Below are positions 1 to 13,100 of a stretch of 64,000 nt of DNA, piece after piece (within the stretch, counting starts at the first letter, position 1; each line of letters starts with the position of its first letter). Location: the NCBI GenBank assembly GCA_002633005.1, contig NMRA01000046.1, positions 321,028-385,027 on the forward strand. The letters are read 5' to 3'. This stretch comes from Phoronis australis. Lineage: Eukaryota; Animalia; Phoronida. The notes beneath the pieces were generated by a model. It did no database searches and was not told the DNA's origin. It saw nothing but the letters and a program-made list of their open reading frames with translations. Both the position numbers and the translations under genes were made by a program.

Positions 1-2510
1 CCACCAAACAAAAAGGAAAATGAATGACACTTATGACAGTTTCAAAGTGCATCACAAATCTCACACAGATATCTACAATAACTAAAATTTCAAAAAAGTT
101 GAATTTATCTGTGGACAGTTTAACAGCTTGCCTGGAGGCATGCTGTTCAAATTATTATGAAGTTCTATGCTCTTGATCAGCTGGTATAATTCAGTGTTGG
201 TGACCACAAGAACAAACATAAAACAGGAATAAACCAGTTCATCTTATCACCTTGAACAAGTTAGAAGTTAATACTCTAGAGTTCAAAAATATTGACTCAA
301 TGAGCCAATGCTGCCCAAATAGTGAAACCATTCTTCTTGGAAATGTGCCAAGTGCATTCAACTTTAAAGAGCAGAATTTGAAATGGACAACCAGTTGGCA
401 CCAAACATGACAAAGGATACAGACATCGTGATTATAAGGTATGTGGTCAACTGCTAGTCATTCCAGGAAACATCTAATAGACTTTCGGTAATTTGCAGAT
501 TTTACTAAGTATACTGAACATTTATCAGTATCTACCGTATGTGACACTAAAATATTTGTCCCCTCCATTATGCACTTGAAAAGTAAATAAATAAGTTACT
601 ATAGTTTGTAAAAATGTCATATTCTATGTTAATGGATAGTTTCTACAATTAAGGACCCTGAGATTCAAGTTGAAATTGAATTTTCTTTACCCTGAACATT
701 AGGAGATGGGCATCCTTGTCATTGATCTTCATTTCAACGAATCTTAATAGACTTAGCAATAAAAAACATCAAAAATAGCCTCAGATGCAATGTTTTCTGA
801 TGTCTTCATTGTGTGAACGTTGATTTGTTGCTGACCATGATTCTAGAACTTAGGACAGCCAATATTTTCTATTTCTAAAATAAATTTGGAACACTCTCCT
901 GCCTTGAGCAAAAAAATATTTTTCTTCAGCTGTTCTAAACTGGTTACTCTTTACTGAAGTTTGCACAATTGTTCTATTTCATATCTTTGTTTGCACAATA
1001 GTTATATTTTATCTCTTTGTTTGTAAAATTCGCTTTGAACACAAGTAGCACATGGGCGCACTTCAACACAACCTAGCCATCTGTGGTGATAAAATAGTGA
1101 CAGCTTAAATACCAAAAATCGTCAGACATGTTTGCACAAACATCAACTATTGTAGGCCAAAAATAATTATATTGCATAATCTTTGCAATACAGGTAGTTG
1201 ATAGTTTGGAATAATGACTGATTGTAGTGTCTAATAGATGGGATAGTTCTGCAAATATGCACCAAGAATAGACTAGAGATGTGCCAATATTCACAAATTA
1301 AAAATACTGGAAACTTGATAAAAATCCAAAACAGAGCATTCATTTACGTAGGGATTTTATACCCATGACTGATGACACATTATGCACTAGAATAATCAAA
1401 AAACAGGGCATCATGGTTATAATTTACAAAAATTGCTTGGCCTGAAATTTATCAGAACAGAAATATGATACTCCTGCCACTTGTTCAAGGAAAAACCCAC
1501 AAACACTGCATTTGCTGAGCATAAGAGATATCCAACAGAATTGCAATATCAATCGCATTTAGTGAGAAAACCTCACCACCCCAACAGAGCACTTTCCCAG
1601 AATACTCTCCTCCCAGATGTAAACAGCTGTGACCTTTCTGACCTAGTTAACCAGTACTGAGTGAATACCAGGCCACTCAACACACCTGGATAACCAGGGC
1701 CTGGGATTTAAGCTAAGTACTCTAAGCTCAACTCAAAAACTGAGCAATTTGCCATTTTCCGAAATTAAGCACCTGTGAATAACAGAAAGTGCTTGATGGA
1801 TGTAGAACCTATGGGTAAATACAGATACTCTCCCAGAAAGAGATGATTGAGAAAGCATGACATCCATGTCTTAATATGGACTCATGAACATGATATGTCC
1901 TGCCTTTGATGATTTTACATGTTATTTTAGAGTTGAGCGAAAGGTAAAGATATTGCAAGCATAATGTTTCACATTGTCCTTCTAATCTTTGTAATGTTTT
2001 CTCACAACAAGCATGTGAAAGCTTGGAGCTCCTGGTATCAACAACGGCTGGCACCAATTCAGTTGTGGGATCATTACCTGACAACACTCCAGCTAGGTAA
2101 TTTATAGAAAAAATTCTCCAGTGTGGGACATAACATGACAGACTGGTGAAATTTCATTTTAATAAATTTCTCAGGAAAATTTTAAATCAAAATCACTTAC
2201 ATGGTTTGTAAGGCGTAACTATCACCAAACAACATTTCATAAAATTTTGAGCATTTACAATAACATGGAAAGTCTGTGAAAAATACAAATATGGTGAACC
2301 TAGCAATCAGTTTTGTCCCAAATTGAAAACTGTTTACACTGCAGTTTAAGCAAAACCAGGAGCATGGTCAATTATGAGTATCCTCTCTAAAATGCCTAGA
2401 AATTTGATGCATTCAAGACACTCACAGCAACATTTCTACCGTACAAGGGACAATAACTTCTCATGACACCAAAAAGAGTGCAATTATAACTTAAGTAGCA
2501 TTATACTTAC

Positions 2511-5500
2511 TTGTACATGAATTTTCATTCAGCTCTTGTTTTCTTCTTAACCTTGAGAAGACTCGTTTACGGTCAAGCCAATGTAGAACAAACGTTAATA
2601 CACCAAAGAGGACAACAACCTGTAGTGCATAGTGGATGAATAAGATTGGTTCTGAAACAAAAAATACAAAACATTAATATTTATGTTCGACATATGTCCC
2701 GAATGATATAAATAATAGTTCATGCATCACAAGCTCATTACAAGAGATGAAACCAAGACCGGGGTAGGCGATATAAGGTCATTTATTATGACTAATACAA
2801 TTACAAGTAAGATCAGTTATATGACTAATACAATTACAAGTAAAAGTAGTGACTAAACATAAGTAAGGTAAAAAATACTAATACCATTTAGTCCACAAAA
2901 ACAACAATTAAAGGGGTAAGCATACATGCCACAACAAATTATTGAACGTGGTTTCACCCCGTTATAACTTTTTAGTATTTTATTACACGCAAACCGTAAT
3001 TCTGAGCAAATTTTGCTGAAGCGAAGTTATCGATATCTCCCAAAAATGCCCGAAAAACAGCAAGTTGTGCATGCGATTCACACAAGCCTACTGTTTAAAA
3101 GTCAAAGACGGAGTTTACTTTGCTGCAAAAATCAGAGAATGATGCGAGAAAATGAAGAGATCGTTTTCTGCTGTAAATAGCTAGGTGAGTGTCGCTCGAC
3201 TCCCAGAATTTGCATGCACCCCGCCAGTATTTTCACTACGAGGTGACAGGAAGAACTAGTTAGGCAAGGTTTAGGTGAACTTAACACATAGTGCTTCTTA
3301 GCTGTATTTGACATTAGTCTTCAAGACTTTACACAACTAGCTGGCTACATGCATTAGTAATAAGTTATATTATGTAACTGTAGTCTATAGTCTACCAACG
3401 ACATTGCAACTGTATACTAAATATACAGCTCTGCCCCAATGTGGGTAAAAAAACTGACCAGATAAAATCTGGCACAAAATTAGTACCATTAAAAACTACA
3501 CTCTTCCTTGAATGAACTAAATTGTTTACCAGTGTTGGAAAATCTGACGTTCTACCATTATTCTGCAGTTTAAGTTGTGGAGCCATCTTTTACGTCAGCT
3601 TTCGGCGGCATGAAATATTGCGTCACCTGTTGGCCATTTTTTTTCGTCGATTCTTAAATCAACTGTTGTTCTTTCACAAGGTTGCATACCCGTCACAACA
3701 AATTATCAGAAATGGTTTCACTTCAATATTAGTTTTTAGAATTTTGATACCAGCAAACCGAATTTCTGAACAAACTTTGGTGCTGCGAAGTTGCCATCAT
3801 CTCCCGAGAGATGTCGCAAAAAAATTAGGAAGTGGCACAAGCACGTGACATGACCGTATTGTTCCAAAACGACAACATACATTTCATTCTTACAAAAAGC
3901 GTAGAATTACGCAAGAAAATACAGCTGGCTGGCTACATGCACCCCCGCTGGCCGCTAGCTCTACATGTTGACATAAGTTTAACGACGAGGTGACAGTTAG
4001 AACAACCTAGGTGGCATGGAGTTTAACACACAGTGGTTCCTAGCTGTATTTTGACGATAGTCTTCACATAGCTAGGTGGCAGGCTAACTTTAGTAACTAC
4101 CCGGCTAAATAAGCCGTCGCCTAGCAGTCGTAGAGGAGACTGATTTTAAAAGTTCCCAAATCAGAAAAGAGTGAAGAACACATATGTGAAGCTTAGAAGA
4201 CATTCCATTTTCTTCTTCTTTGTTCAAGTGACCACACTCTCTCCAGAGTATTATGTCACTGTATAACAATGGAGATCAACAAAGACGAGAGCAACAAGTT
4301 TAAAAATATATACATAGTGGATGTCACTTCAGAGATCGATGAACATAGCTAGGTCATTTACACATGGAGGCACCAGACTATGTTACTTCAGAAAGGCAGA
4401 TAGCTTGCTGACAAAGATGTCAAGAGAAGTGACTGATGTAATGTAGCCCGGCAAGCTATTCCACTCTATGACTGTTCTTGGAAAGAATGTCTTTTCTATA
4501 ATCTGTCATATTCATTGGAATGTTATATTGGATGACCTTTTGGTACAGATGCCAGAGAGAACAAGATCTGCGATAGGGGCAACATCGGAATTGATGATCA
4601 CCGACTTCTTATCATACTTGTAAAACATTTTCAGCCCACAAATTTTGCGTCTGCGGCTGAGGGTTGGCCAAGGTTTCTAACATTGATCCAACAGAGGATA
4701 GACAATTGTACTGTCCCGTGACCCAACGAGCAGCTCTCCTCTGTACTTTCTCTACAGTAGAAATAATCACAAACAGTAGAGATGTATTCCAAGGTGGGTC
4801 GAACCATTGTTTTATACACAAACTATTGGCTGCTTAAGTGTAAGTTTTGCCAAAGAAAGCATAGAATTTTATTTGCTTTCTTCTGGACGTTGCTCATGTG
4901 GGAAGACCATTTGAGGTCATGCAACATGGTAACGCCCAAATATTTAACCCCCTTGACCGACAAGCATGTGATTGTGAAGTACATAGGTGGACTGGAAACT
5001 AGTACCGTACAAATACGAATTGGTGCCTGTAAGTCATATACACGTGATACATCAATGCACATTATTGTGAGGTGAACATGTGACGTGGGAAGCACATGAA
5101 TGCGTGATTTATGTTGTTGGGACAAAACCAGAAAAAGGCCAAACAGATACGGGTACCCCATAAACATCATTTTCCTACGCCATGAATCCTCGTAAAGTGA
5201 AGAAATACCGCAAAAACAAGATTCAAGTCTGTACAGTACTTTAGTTGTAATTTACAATGCTAGATGTCGTTTATGCAGCTAATGCATTGAATAATGACGC
5301 ACAAAACGAGAGATTTCTAATCTGTCACTTATAACAAGTTTGTGGGCAAATTTTTGGAAGGCGAAAGCTTGAATCAAAATTATTAGGGCTGTTCCAGTAA
5401 AATCTGTGTGGGAGGGGGGGGACAGCAGTAGAAATAAAAATTCATGGGTGGTGGTCTTCAGAAAAAAACTCAAATTATGGGTGGTCGTTCCTGTAAGAAG

Positions 5501-6691
5501 TGATGCATTAAAAATGGGTGGTATTTTTTGACCTGTTAATGTTGACAGGTTGGTTACTTCAGCCATCAAAACTCAAAAAAAAATGCAATTGTCATATATC
5601 CTAACTTATTCCAATACAAAAAAGCCCATATTGCCAGTGAACAGAGTGCAATATGTTCACTTAGCCATTTATCAAGTCATGGGCAACTTGATTTGAGCCA
5701 ACTGTTAGTCTGCAGTCCTATTGAATTGAAAAGTTATGCATCACTAAACTGGTGAGAACACATATAAGAAAATTGATGATTTTTAAATAAAAAGTATGAG
5801 GAGTAATATTCACTTGACATAGAAGTATAAAAGAGTTCGTGGAGACAGTTTGAGATTCATAAATCCTTATAATTGTAAAAATGTTCATTGAAATTATAGA
5901 CACATGGTGAACAGAGCCACCTGGTGGCTGCCAAAAGTATTGCTCACAGGTTACTTTAGTTTTTGACAATATTGGACAAGACAACTAGTTCTTGTCTGTC
6001 AATCATCTAAGTTCTGAACAGGTCCTCCTGGAGGCAATTTGTTTGCAAGTGTTGGATTTTATATTTTAACCTACTAAAAATAATTAAAAAATTATGGGTC
6101 ATGGGTTGGAGAAATAAATGAAAAATACGGGCAATGGGTACGAAATAAAAGTGCCTTCCCCCCCCTCCCATGCAGATTTTGCTGGAACAGCCCTTAGCAT
6201 AGGAGTAAAGAGTGGCCAGTGAAGAATCAATCGAGGTATAATCATCCTTGTATGACCATTTTTGTAGGATATATGAAGGATTGAATACCACAATCGCACA
6301 ATGCCAATGCCATGGCGAGAGGATTAAGAAAATAGAAAAAAATCAACTATGTACGTTAATGGAGTCGGATTGTAAACAACAATTGTTAGTGACATAGCCG
6401 GTCTGTCAATCGTCAATACGTCAATATTTTTATTCCATAGCATATATAAAAATACAAAACAGTCATGCAATTAAATGATAATAACAATAACATGCTATGA
6501 AAAGGATACAATAACTTGGAAGTAGTCTGTAGAAGCATTTTTCCCTTTTCTTGAAAACAGGAGTTACGTTCACATTAAAGGTGACGTTAAAATAAATTAT
6601 TACCAGTTTTGAACAGAAATAGTAATGTAAATATGCCACAAAATGTGCAGAATATGTACCAGTCCTTTCCAAAAACAACCGCGTCAGCCAT
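2511..6691 (-). CDS. 5' part of an unidentified membrane-protein gene (two N-terminal hydrophobic segments); exons 6691-6604 and 2651-2511, continuing off the left edge
   Basis: ATG at 6691 opens MADAVVFGKDWYIFCTFCGIFTLLFLFKT, donor G|GTAATA. A phase-1 acceptor TTGTTTCAG| joins an open 141-nt exon (E)PILFIHYALQVVVLFGVLTFVLHWLDRKRVFSRLRRKQELNENSCT ending in A|GTAAGT. A pyrimidine tract at the window edge (minus strand, ~25-1) suggests the next exon lies just outside. Confidence 0.6.
2930..4120 (+). repeat. Dispersed repeat family (unclassified, probably DNA-transposon derived); a partial copy and a longer copy in tandem
   Basis: Segment ~2980-3360 resembles ~3740-4100. The same strings (e.g. 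CATTAAAAACTACACTCT) recur at ~30140 and in reverse complement at ~48110-48810. Boundaries approximate. Confidence 0.6.
4400..4965 (-). mobile_element. Degenerate non-LTR retrotransposon 3' fragment (CR1/L2-like)
   Basis: Frameshifted peptides KYLGVT..DLKWSSH..KANKILCFL, YKTMVRPTLEY and EKVQRRAARWV, typical of the post-RT region of CR1/L2-group LINEs. Confidence 0.8.
5386..6193. mobile_element. PIF/Harbinger-type MITE
   Basis: TIR GGGCTGTTCCAG..AAAATCTG.....GGGAGGGGGGG and its inverse at ~6160-6193, with TTA target duplication on both sides. Sister copies at 34451-35003 and 55274-55524. Confidence 0.8.
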
Positions 6692-7022
6692 CTACCTTAA
6701 CCGGATATCCGTCAAGTGCGCGTGCGCATGAAAGCGAATGATGGACTAGTTCATTGTTGGTGCAAATTAGGTTTCTAAGCTAACTTACTTTGACATCACC
6801 GATTGCACGTGCAGTAAATTTTAAAGAGTTTTTATACACTATGATTTTGAAATTTTACCGAAAACCGTACTACAGACCCACAAACGTTAAAATGGAAGAA
6901 GCCATTGTGTCCAATAATGAATAAGTCGCAAGTCACGTGTGTAAAAAGTACTATAAATTGTCGACTGACCCTTAACAAGGCCTCTTTTCCATTTATTCAG
7001 TGAGAAGAACTGTACGGGGAAC
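6692..7022. promoter_or_regulatory. Bidirectional promoter between the membrane-protein gene and MAT
   Basis: NRF1-like TGCGCGTGCGCA (~6717-6728), E-boxes CACGTG (6806, 6934), CCAAT (6911), TATAAA (6952) and pyrimidine initiator CCTCTTTTCC (6981-6990) about 30 bp after the TATA. Divergent ATGs at 6691 and 7023. Confidence 0.65.
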
Positions 7023-7182
7023 ATGAACGGGAAGGGAACGAACGGCGTGATTGAGAACGGGGATGTGCAACATTTTGCTGGACACTATCAAGAAATAAAA
7101 CATCATTATGCAGAGGAATGCAGTCAAGATGACATTGGCACTTTTCTGTTCACATCAGAATCTGTAGGAGAAGGACATCCAG
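7023..7182 (+). CDS. MAT2A: MAT exon 1
   Basis: MNGKGTNG...[15 protein letters not shown], donor G|GTAATG. Confidence 0.93.
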
Positions 7183-10100
7183 GTAATGTTTTTTTATGTT
7201 AAACAAAAGCAAACAATTTGCAAGGCACACATGCAATGGTCGATCCCGGATTTAGATTGTAGAGAATCTGTGAATAACGCTATATTCCTACGTAATTGTT
7301 TAGTATTTTACTTCAAGTAATTATTATTACTTGAAAGTCAGTGCACTGAAGTGGTCAGCCAGTCTTTTACAGAAGTTTAAATTAATAAATAAAACCCAAG
7401 GTTTGCTCATTCCTTGGTTTGTTGTGGAGTCCTGGACTCCAAGAGCAGTCAGGGCATTGTGAATAAATGAAGCCAGTGACCTCGTTCATCTAAGGAATGG
7501 TGCCTGGGCCTTCTGAGAGGGGAATTTTTTCGAGTTAGGGTGAAATTCTACTTTTTGGTCACCATCTATTGCACCCCCGCCCTGTTGTAACCTCTTGTAG
7601 GCCTCAAGTTGCCAAAACTAGGGAGGACAACGTTTTTTTATTTTTTTTTTACACTACCCATGAGTCATACATTTTTGAAAAGCCCTTGGTGTGAGAAATA
7701 AAATGGTGCAAAAATCAGAAAAATTGGATGAGCGGTTAACGAGAAAATGGCCGTTGAAACGCGACGATTATGCGTAAAATATCTGCCTTTTTACATAATT
7801 TCGTAAAAAATAAGAGAATATACATGTGCTGCATGTAAAAAGATTCGTCTCATTGTGACAAACATGGTGGTGTGTATTATATAAAATTTGGATCGATTTC
7901 TACAGAGATATTGCTGTTTAAGTGTGTTGTTAGCATATAGAACAGGCTCATCATATTTGATGAAAACAATGAATTACACAGCATAAAAGGTAAAGAGCAA
8001 AGACATCACATCAGCTCAGAAATAAATACATCTGAGCTATGAGGAAATTTCACATCAAATCACAAGATCACATTGGTGGATTTGGGGGGGCAAGGGGGCC
8101 TGGCCCGTGGCCCCCCTAAAACTCCCATTTGGCTGCTAGTTTGAGGGTGCAAATATCTTACGGGTAAAATCCTGCATAATACTCTGCCCTGCCCCCCCCT
8201 CCTATCTAAAAATCCTAGATCTGCCCCTGAATACTACTACATGGGCAACACATCATTGCCTGACAGTGACAGGGGGCTGGGGGAGGCTACAGCTCCCCCA
8301 ATTCATTTCAGTGCTGGGTGCCACCCATGTACTATTAGATCGTATCCTGGCAAAAAACATCAGAAAGTAGACAAAATACCATTTGGGAAAACAAATCACT
8401 CTTAACATGAAGGATTTCATCATTTACGCAACAAAAACTTTGTAACAACTTTATTTCGAACGGTGAAGTTGCGATGCCATTGAACTTCAACGTAGCCGCT
8501 GGTGGCGCTAACATGCGGCGACTTAGTGAACTAACGACTGCTGTTTGAAAAGTGCCAATGCGCAGCAGTTTGACAGAATTTCTAAAAATGAAATAACTAC
8601 CAGTTAAAAGAGTGATAAATTCCTCATCTAAAAATTGTGGTGGCATATTGCGCAACTGGAAAAATATCAATCTCCCGACCGACCAAAATTAGGCCTTCCG
8701 GACGATCGAAAACTCGCCATGAAAACTTGGCCTTGACTTCGAGAAAACAACTTGAGGAGATGCGCACGCATCTAAACTACATCCTGTCCAAATTTCATGT
8801 TTGTATTTGAGAGTATAGTGCTCTTTTGGATAGGAGGAACAAGAGGTACTTTTTCGAAAGTTGATCGCACGGCGGAAAATCGTGCGCTAAAAAAAGCTTA
8901 CAGAAAATGATTTATCAGCGATAATTTGAGACAAAAAGATTACAAACTTATAAATAAAGACTAAGGTAACGATTTACAACACAAAATTATCTTATAGTTA
9001 ACTTTGAAGTCTGAAATCTGGTAATTTACCGACGTGGGTTTTACACGGAGGCAGATATGGGGCACCGTGACCTACTTTTTGATTGTCCTCCCTACCAAAA
9101 CTAACAATTTGTGCTCTTTTGAATTGTCACCAATGTGGTTACAAGTGATTCAAACTTTAAGGGGATTTTTTCAGTCACTTGAGGAGTACTTTCAGACCCA
9201 GTGAGGTGAATGTCTGGTGATTTTTCAGAGGTGAATAGGGCCGATATTCAGCCCTCAAATCCAGGGATTGGGGCCCCTGGGAGTACTCGTAGTGCATTTA
9301 CGGTTTACCAAGCTTAAAACCAATACAGAACAGTGTTGTGAACACAAATCAGGACCAGGATTAGACAAGTACGTTGCCTCTTGAGGCTGAAAATATCTGT
9401 GATTTGCAAATTTAGACTGGTCTGCCCGAATGAATAAGCTTTGAATCATTTCTTGAATTCGCTGATCATGTCTTATGTTCTTGGTAATGGAAGTAGAATC
9501 CTATCATGGCACTATGAGACCTTTTAAGAAAGCTACTTTGATTTTCATTTTTGCCAGCCATACAGGGTGAAATCAGGTGTCAACATACCAAGCTGCAGGC
9601 CGCATTTGCCATGTAAAATTTGGAAATGCAAACTGAGGTCTTTCCAAGTGGCATGGGTCGCATATAGCAGAAAAGTAGAATTGCCGTGATACCCAAAGTT
9701 GCACAGAAGGATTTTTTGCTATCAAGGTTGTGCAATGCGGGGTCTGTCTGTGTGTGTTTGTGTGTGAGCTGAATTTCAAGCTGGGATTTTGGACAGGTCA
9801 CAAACAATGCCCTTGTAATTTTCATGCTGTCAAGGGCTGAAAGTGCTTCATAAAACATTAGAACTACATAGAGGTTGGCTTGGGAATTGTCTAACGCGCA
9901 ACTCTCGTAATGTGCATTGTAATGTTGCTTTGCTGACACCATGAAGTTAGCAAAAAGTCTAAATCTCCTTTCTAGATACATGGTACCCTTGCTAATCAAT
10001 TCAGGAATGCTTGAACTTTTTTGAAATGTAAGTCAGTTGTGCTATGTACTTTCCTACCTTTCCAGGGAAAAATACCCTTAAGTGTAATATACTAGCCAGG

Positions 10101-13100
10101 TTCTGTTCTCACATTATGACTGCTAACACTAGAAAGGCATGACTGTGAAGTGAAGGTTTTGAAGTAAACCTGAATTTTAAGTTTTATGCAAGTTAAAATT
10201 GATTGTAACTTAGAGATTTTTTAATCATTGGAGGGGAATTTTTGGGCTTGATGAGGGTGATTTTCGGTGATTTTTAATTATTTCCAGAGAGTAATCGTGC
10301 CATTATTCAGTCCCAAAATTTCAACATCCAGGGCACTGTCAATGTAGGCACTCTGAGGCAGCAATCTTGTAACATTAGAAATTAATGAGTTTAATTTTGT
10401 CTCCTGGAAGAACATGCGATGCTCGTCACTTGGCGTAATGCAGGGATATTCCTGAACTGCACCTTTGAAAAATATAACATTGCAAATACGTTGCAGCATA
10501 GTCTGCATGCATCATGGTTGAGTCCTGTTGGTTTTTGCCGAACAGTTCTAATCCTTGTTTGTTTATTTCCTGTTGTGTACCAAAGGTATTCAATTTTAGA
10601 TTTTTTATAAATTTTAAGAAAATCTGTGGTCGTATGGGCAAGAACTGGGTACATATGTACTGGGTGTGGTTTCATGGGTCTGGATACACACGTATACAGT
10701 AGATTTCTGCCTAAAAGGGTTGTTCAATATCTCTGGGGCATTTCACATCTTCACATTTGTTTGCTCTCAGGTACCAGCGTTGCTGCACGCATGTCCTTTC
10801 TCTTCACGCTTGTTTGTTCAAATTTGATAATTATCTGCACAGGTCAGCCAAAGGTCAAATGATGACTTGCTGATCTCTGTTCAGTAATTTTCCATGATGC
10901 AACAAAAGCGTATATTGTCCCATACCTGGTATTTTCTCTTTTATTTCCAGACAAACTTTGTGACCAAGTCAGTGATGCTATCCTGGATGCTCACCTGGCT
11001 CAGGACCCTTATGCTAAAGTTGCTTGTGGTAAGCTTTGATGTTCTGTGAAAAAAAATAATTTTGATTTTTATGCGCCCACATATTTATATGGGGACGCAT
11101 TATGCCGTGATCTCCGTCTGAGCGGCGTCCGGCGTACGCTGCTTTATCTCCAAAACCCTTTGACATACGTTCATGAAATTTGGCACATATGTTCCATTCA
11201 TGAATGGGACGGCATGTGCGAACTTTCGGACGGATCCGATTACCGGTGTGCCCCCTAGTGGCAATTTTAATTTTTTACGTTTACCTTTTTATCTTCAAAA
11301 GTCCTGAACGGATTTTCATGAAATTTGGTATGTAGGCACCTATTAGTGAGATGACGCTATCCTTCCGTTTTCAGATGGATTCGACATAGTTTGCGCCACC
11401 TAGTGGCCATTTTTAGTGTTTTCGAGTCTGTTTTTGTGCGTCCACCCCTCTATCAACCAAACCGCTCAAAGGATGATTGTGAAAATTGGCATGTATATGC
11501 TTACTACGTAGAGGACGGTTGACGATGATTTTCCGACGATTGCGACTACTGTGGCTCCTCCTAGTGGCAGTTCTTTTTTTTTTTGCGCCTATGGCTGTAT
11601 CTCCTAAACCGTTTGCAGGATCTTAACGAAACTGTGTAAGTATATTTATNTTTTTTTGCGCCCATGGCTGTATCTCCCAAACCGTTTGCAGGATCTTTAC
11701 TAAATTTAGCAAGTGTATTTATGTGATGTTGACAACGGAGGATGACTACTTTTGGATGATTCTGACTACCGGTATGCCTCCAGTGGCAATTTTAGTATTT
11801 TACATTGACCTCTGTATTTTCATAGGTCTTCAGGTGTATACTTTGCGTTACTTCCTGACTATGAAGGAAAAGTTCCAAGTAGAAATTTGTTTCTGGCATT
11901 CTAATGCTGTGCTAATCCCGTATGTTGGTTAATTTGTTTTCAATTCTATGTTTCTGTGGTGCTTTAAGCAACTGATGTATAGGATGTGCTTGTATTATGA
12001 AGATCACTCACATTTTGCCCCTAGCCTATTGAGGAGACAATGACCATGCCTTTCCATTTTGCAAATTACAACATACTACATATATGCCCTCTTCTGGCCA
12101 CTTTATGGTACCAATAAACAACCCTAGAAGGATACCGTATACGGTGCAACTGTGGGCGCATTTCAATGCTCTGCGTTGCTCTTGTTTCCATTATGTAAGA
12201 GGCTCATGTAGAGGTTTTAGCAGAGCATTACACTGTTTGTTAATGTTTTGCAGAGAGCGTCTCCAAAACTGGCATGATTTTGGTATGTGGTGAAATCACT
12301 TCAAAAGCACATGTGGATTACCAAAAAGTTATCCGTGGTGTCATAAAAGACATTGGCTATGATGATGGCAAAAAAGGTAAGTGCTTTAGCATTGCTTTTT
12401 GTCAAGCACATTCCCTTGTCTATCCAAAGCATTAAATGTGAAATGTCTGCTGCAAATGTTCGTAACACTGTTGGTCTTTGTTAAAACTATTTGGATAGTC
12501 AAACTCTACTATCCCATTGCAGGTTTTGACTACAAGACTTGTAATGTGCTAATAGCCCTTGAAGAACAGAGCCCAGACATTGCATTTGGTGTTCATGAAG
12601 ACAGGCATGAGGATGACATTGGTGCTGGAGACCAGGTAGGTTGACAGTTGCTGTATTCTAGATAATTCTCTGCTGAATATTCTTTCTCTAGTTTAAGTCA
12701 ATTTTTCTGGTCATGTTTGGCTCTGTTACAGTCTTCATGTTTTTACTTTTAAAAGAATAATACTGTCACTCTGATGTTTAGATATGTTTATGTCAGCTGT
12801 ACCCTTAATTCTGTTCAGGGTCTAATGTTTGGCTATGCCACTGATGAGACAGAGGAGTGTATGCCTTTGACAGTTGTTCTGGCCCATCAGCTAAATGCCA
12901 AAATTGCCGAGTTGAGGCGCAGTGGTGTACTAGCTTGGGCGAGACCGGACACAAAAACACAGGTTTGTAATTTAGACTTTTCAGTTGAACACTGTGGAGT
13001 CTATTTAAAAGTTGAGATTGCTTGCTGCCCAGATGGGTATTGTTTTCAATGTATTTGCTTTTATATGGAAAGCATTTGAATTCTTGGGTTGATAGTATAC

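Noticed and set aside
7901-8907. TACAGAGAT (7901) and TACAGAAAA (8899) METTL16-like nonamers in MAT intron 1
   Set aside because: Both lie inside a transposon insertion with no evident hairpin.
9580-10702. Several 60-140 aa ORFs in MAT intron 1
   Set aside because: Mostly non-ATG starts, overlapping on both strands, no recognisable motifs.
11575-11720. ~70-bp direct duplication in MAT intron 2
   Set aside because: Centred on the N at 11650; likely an assembly join.
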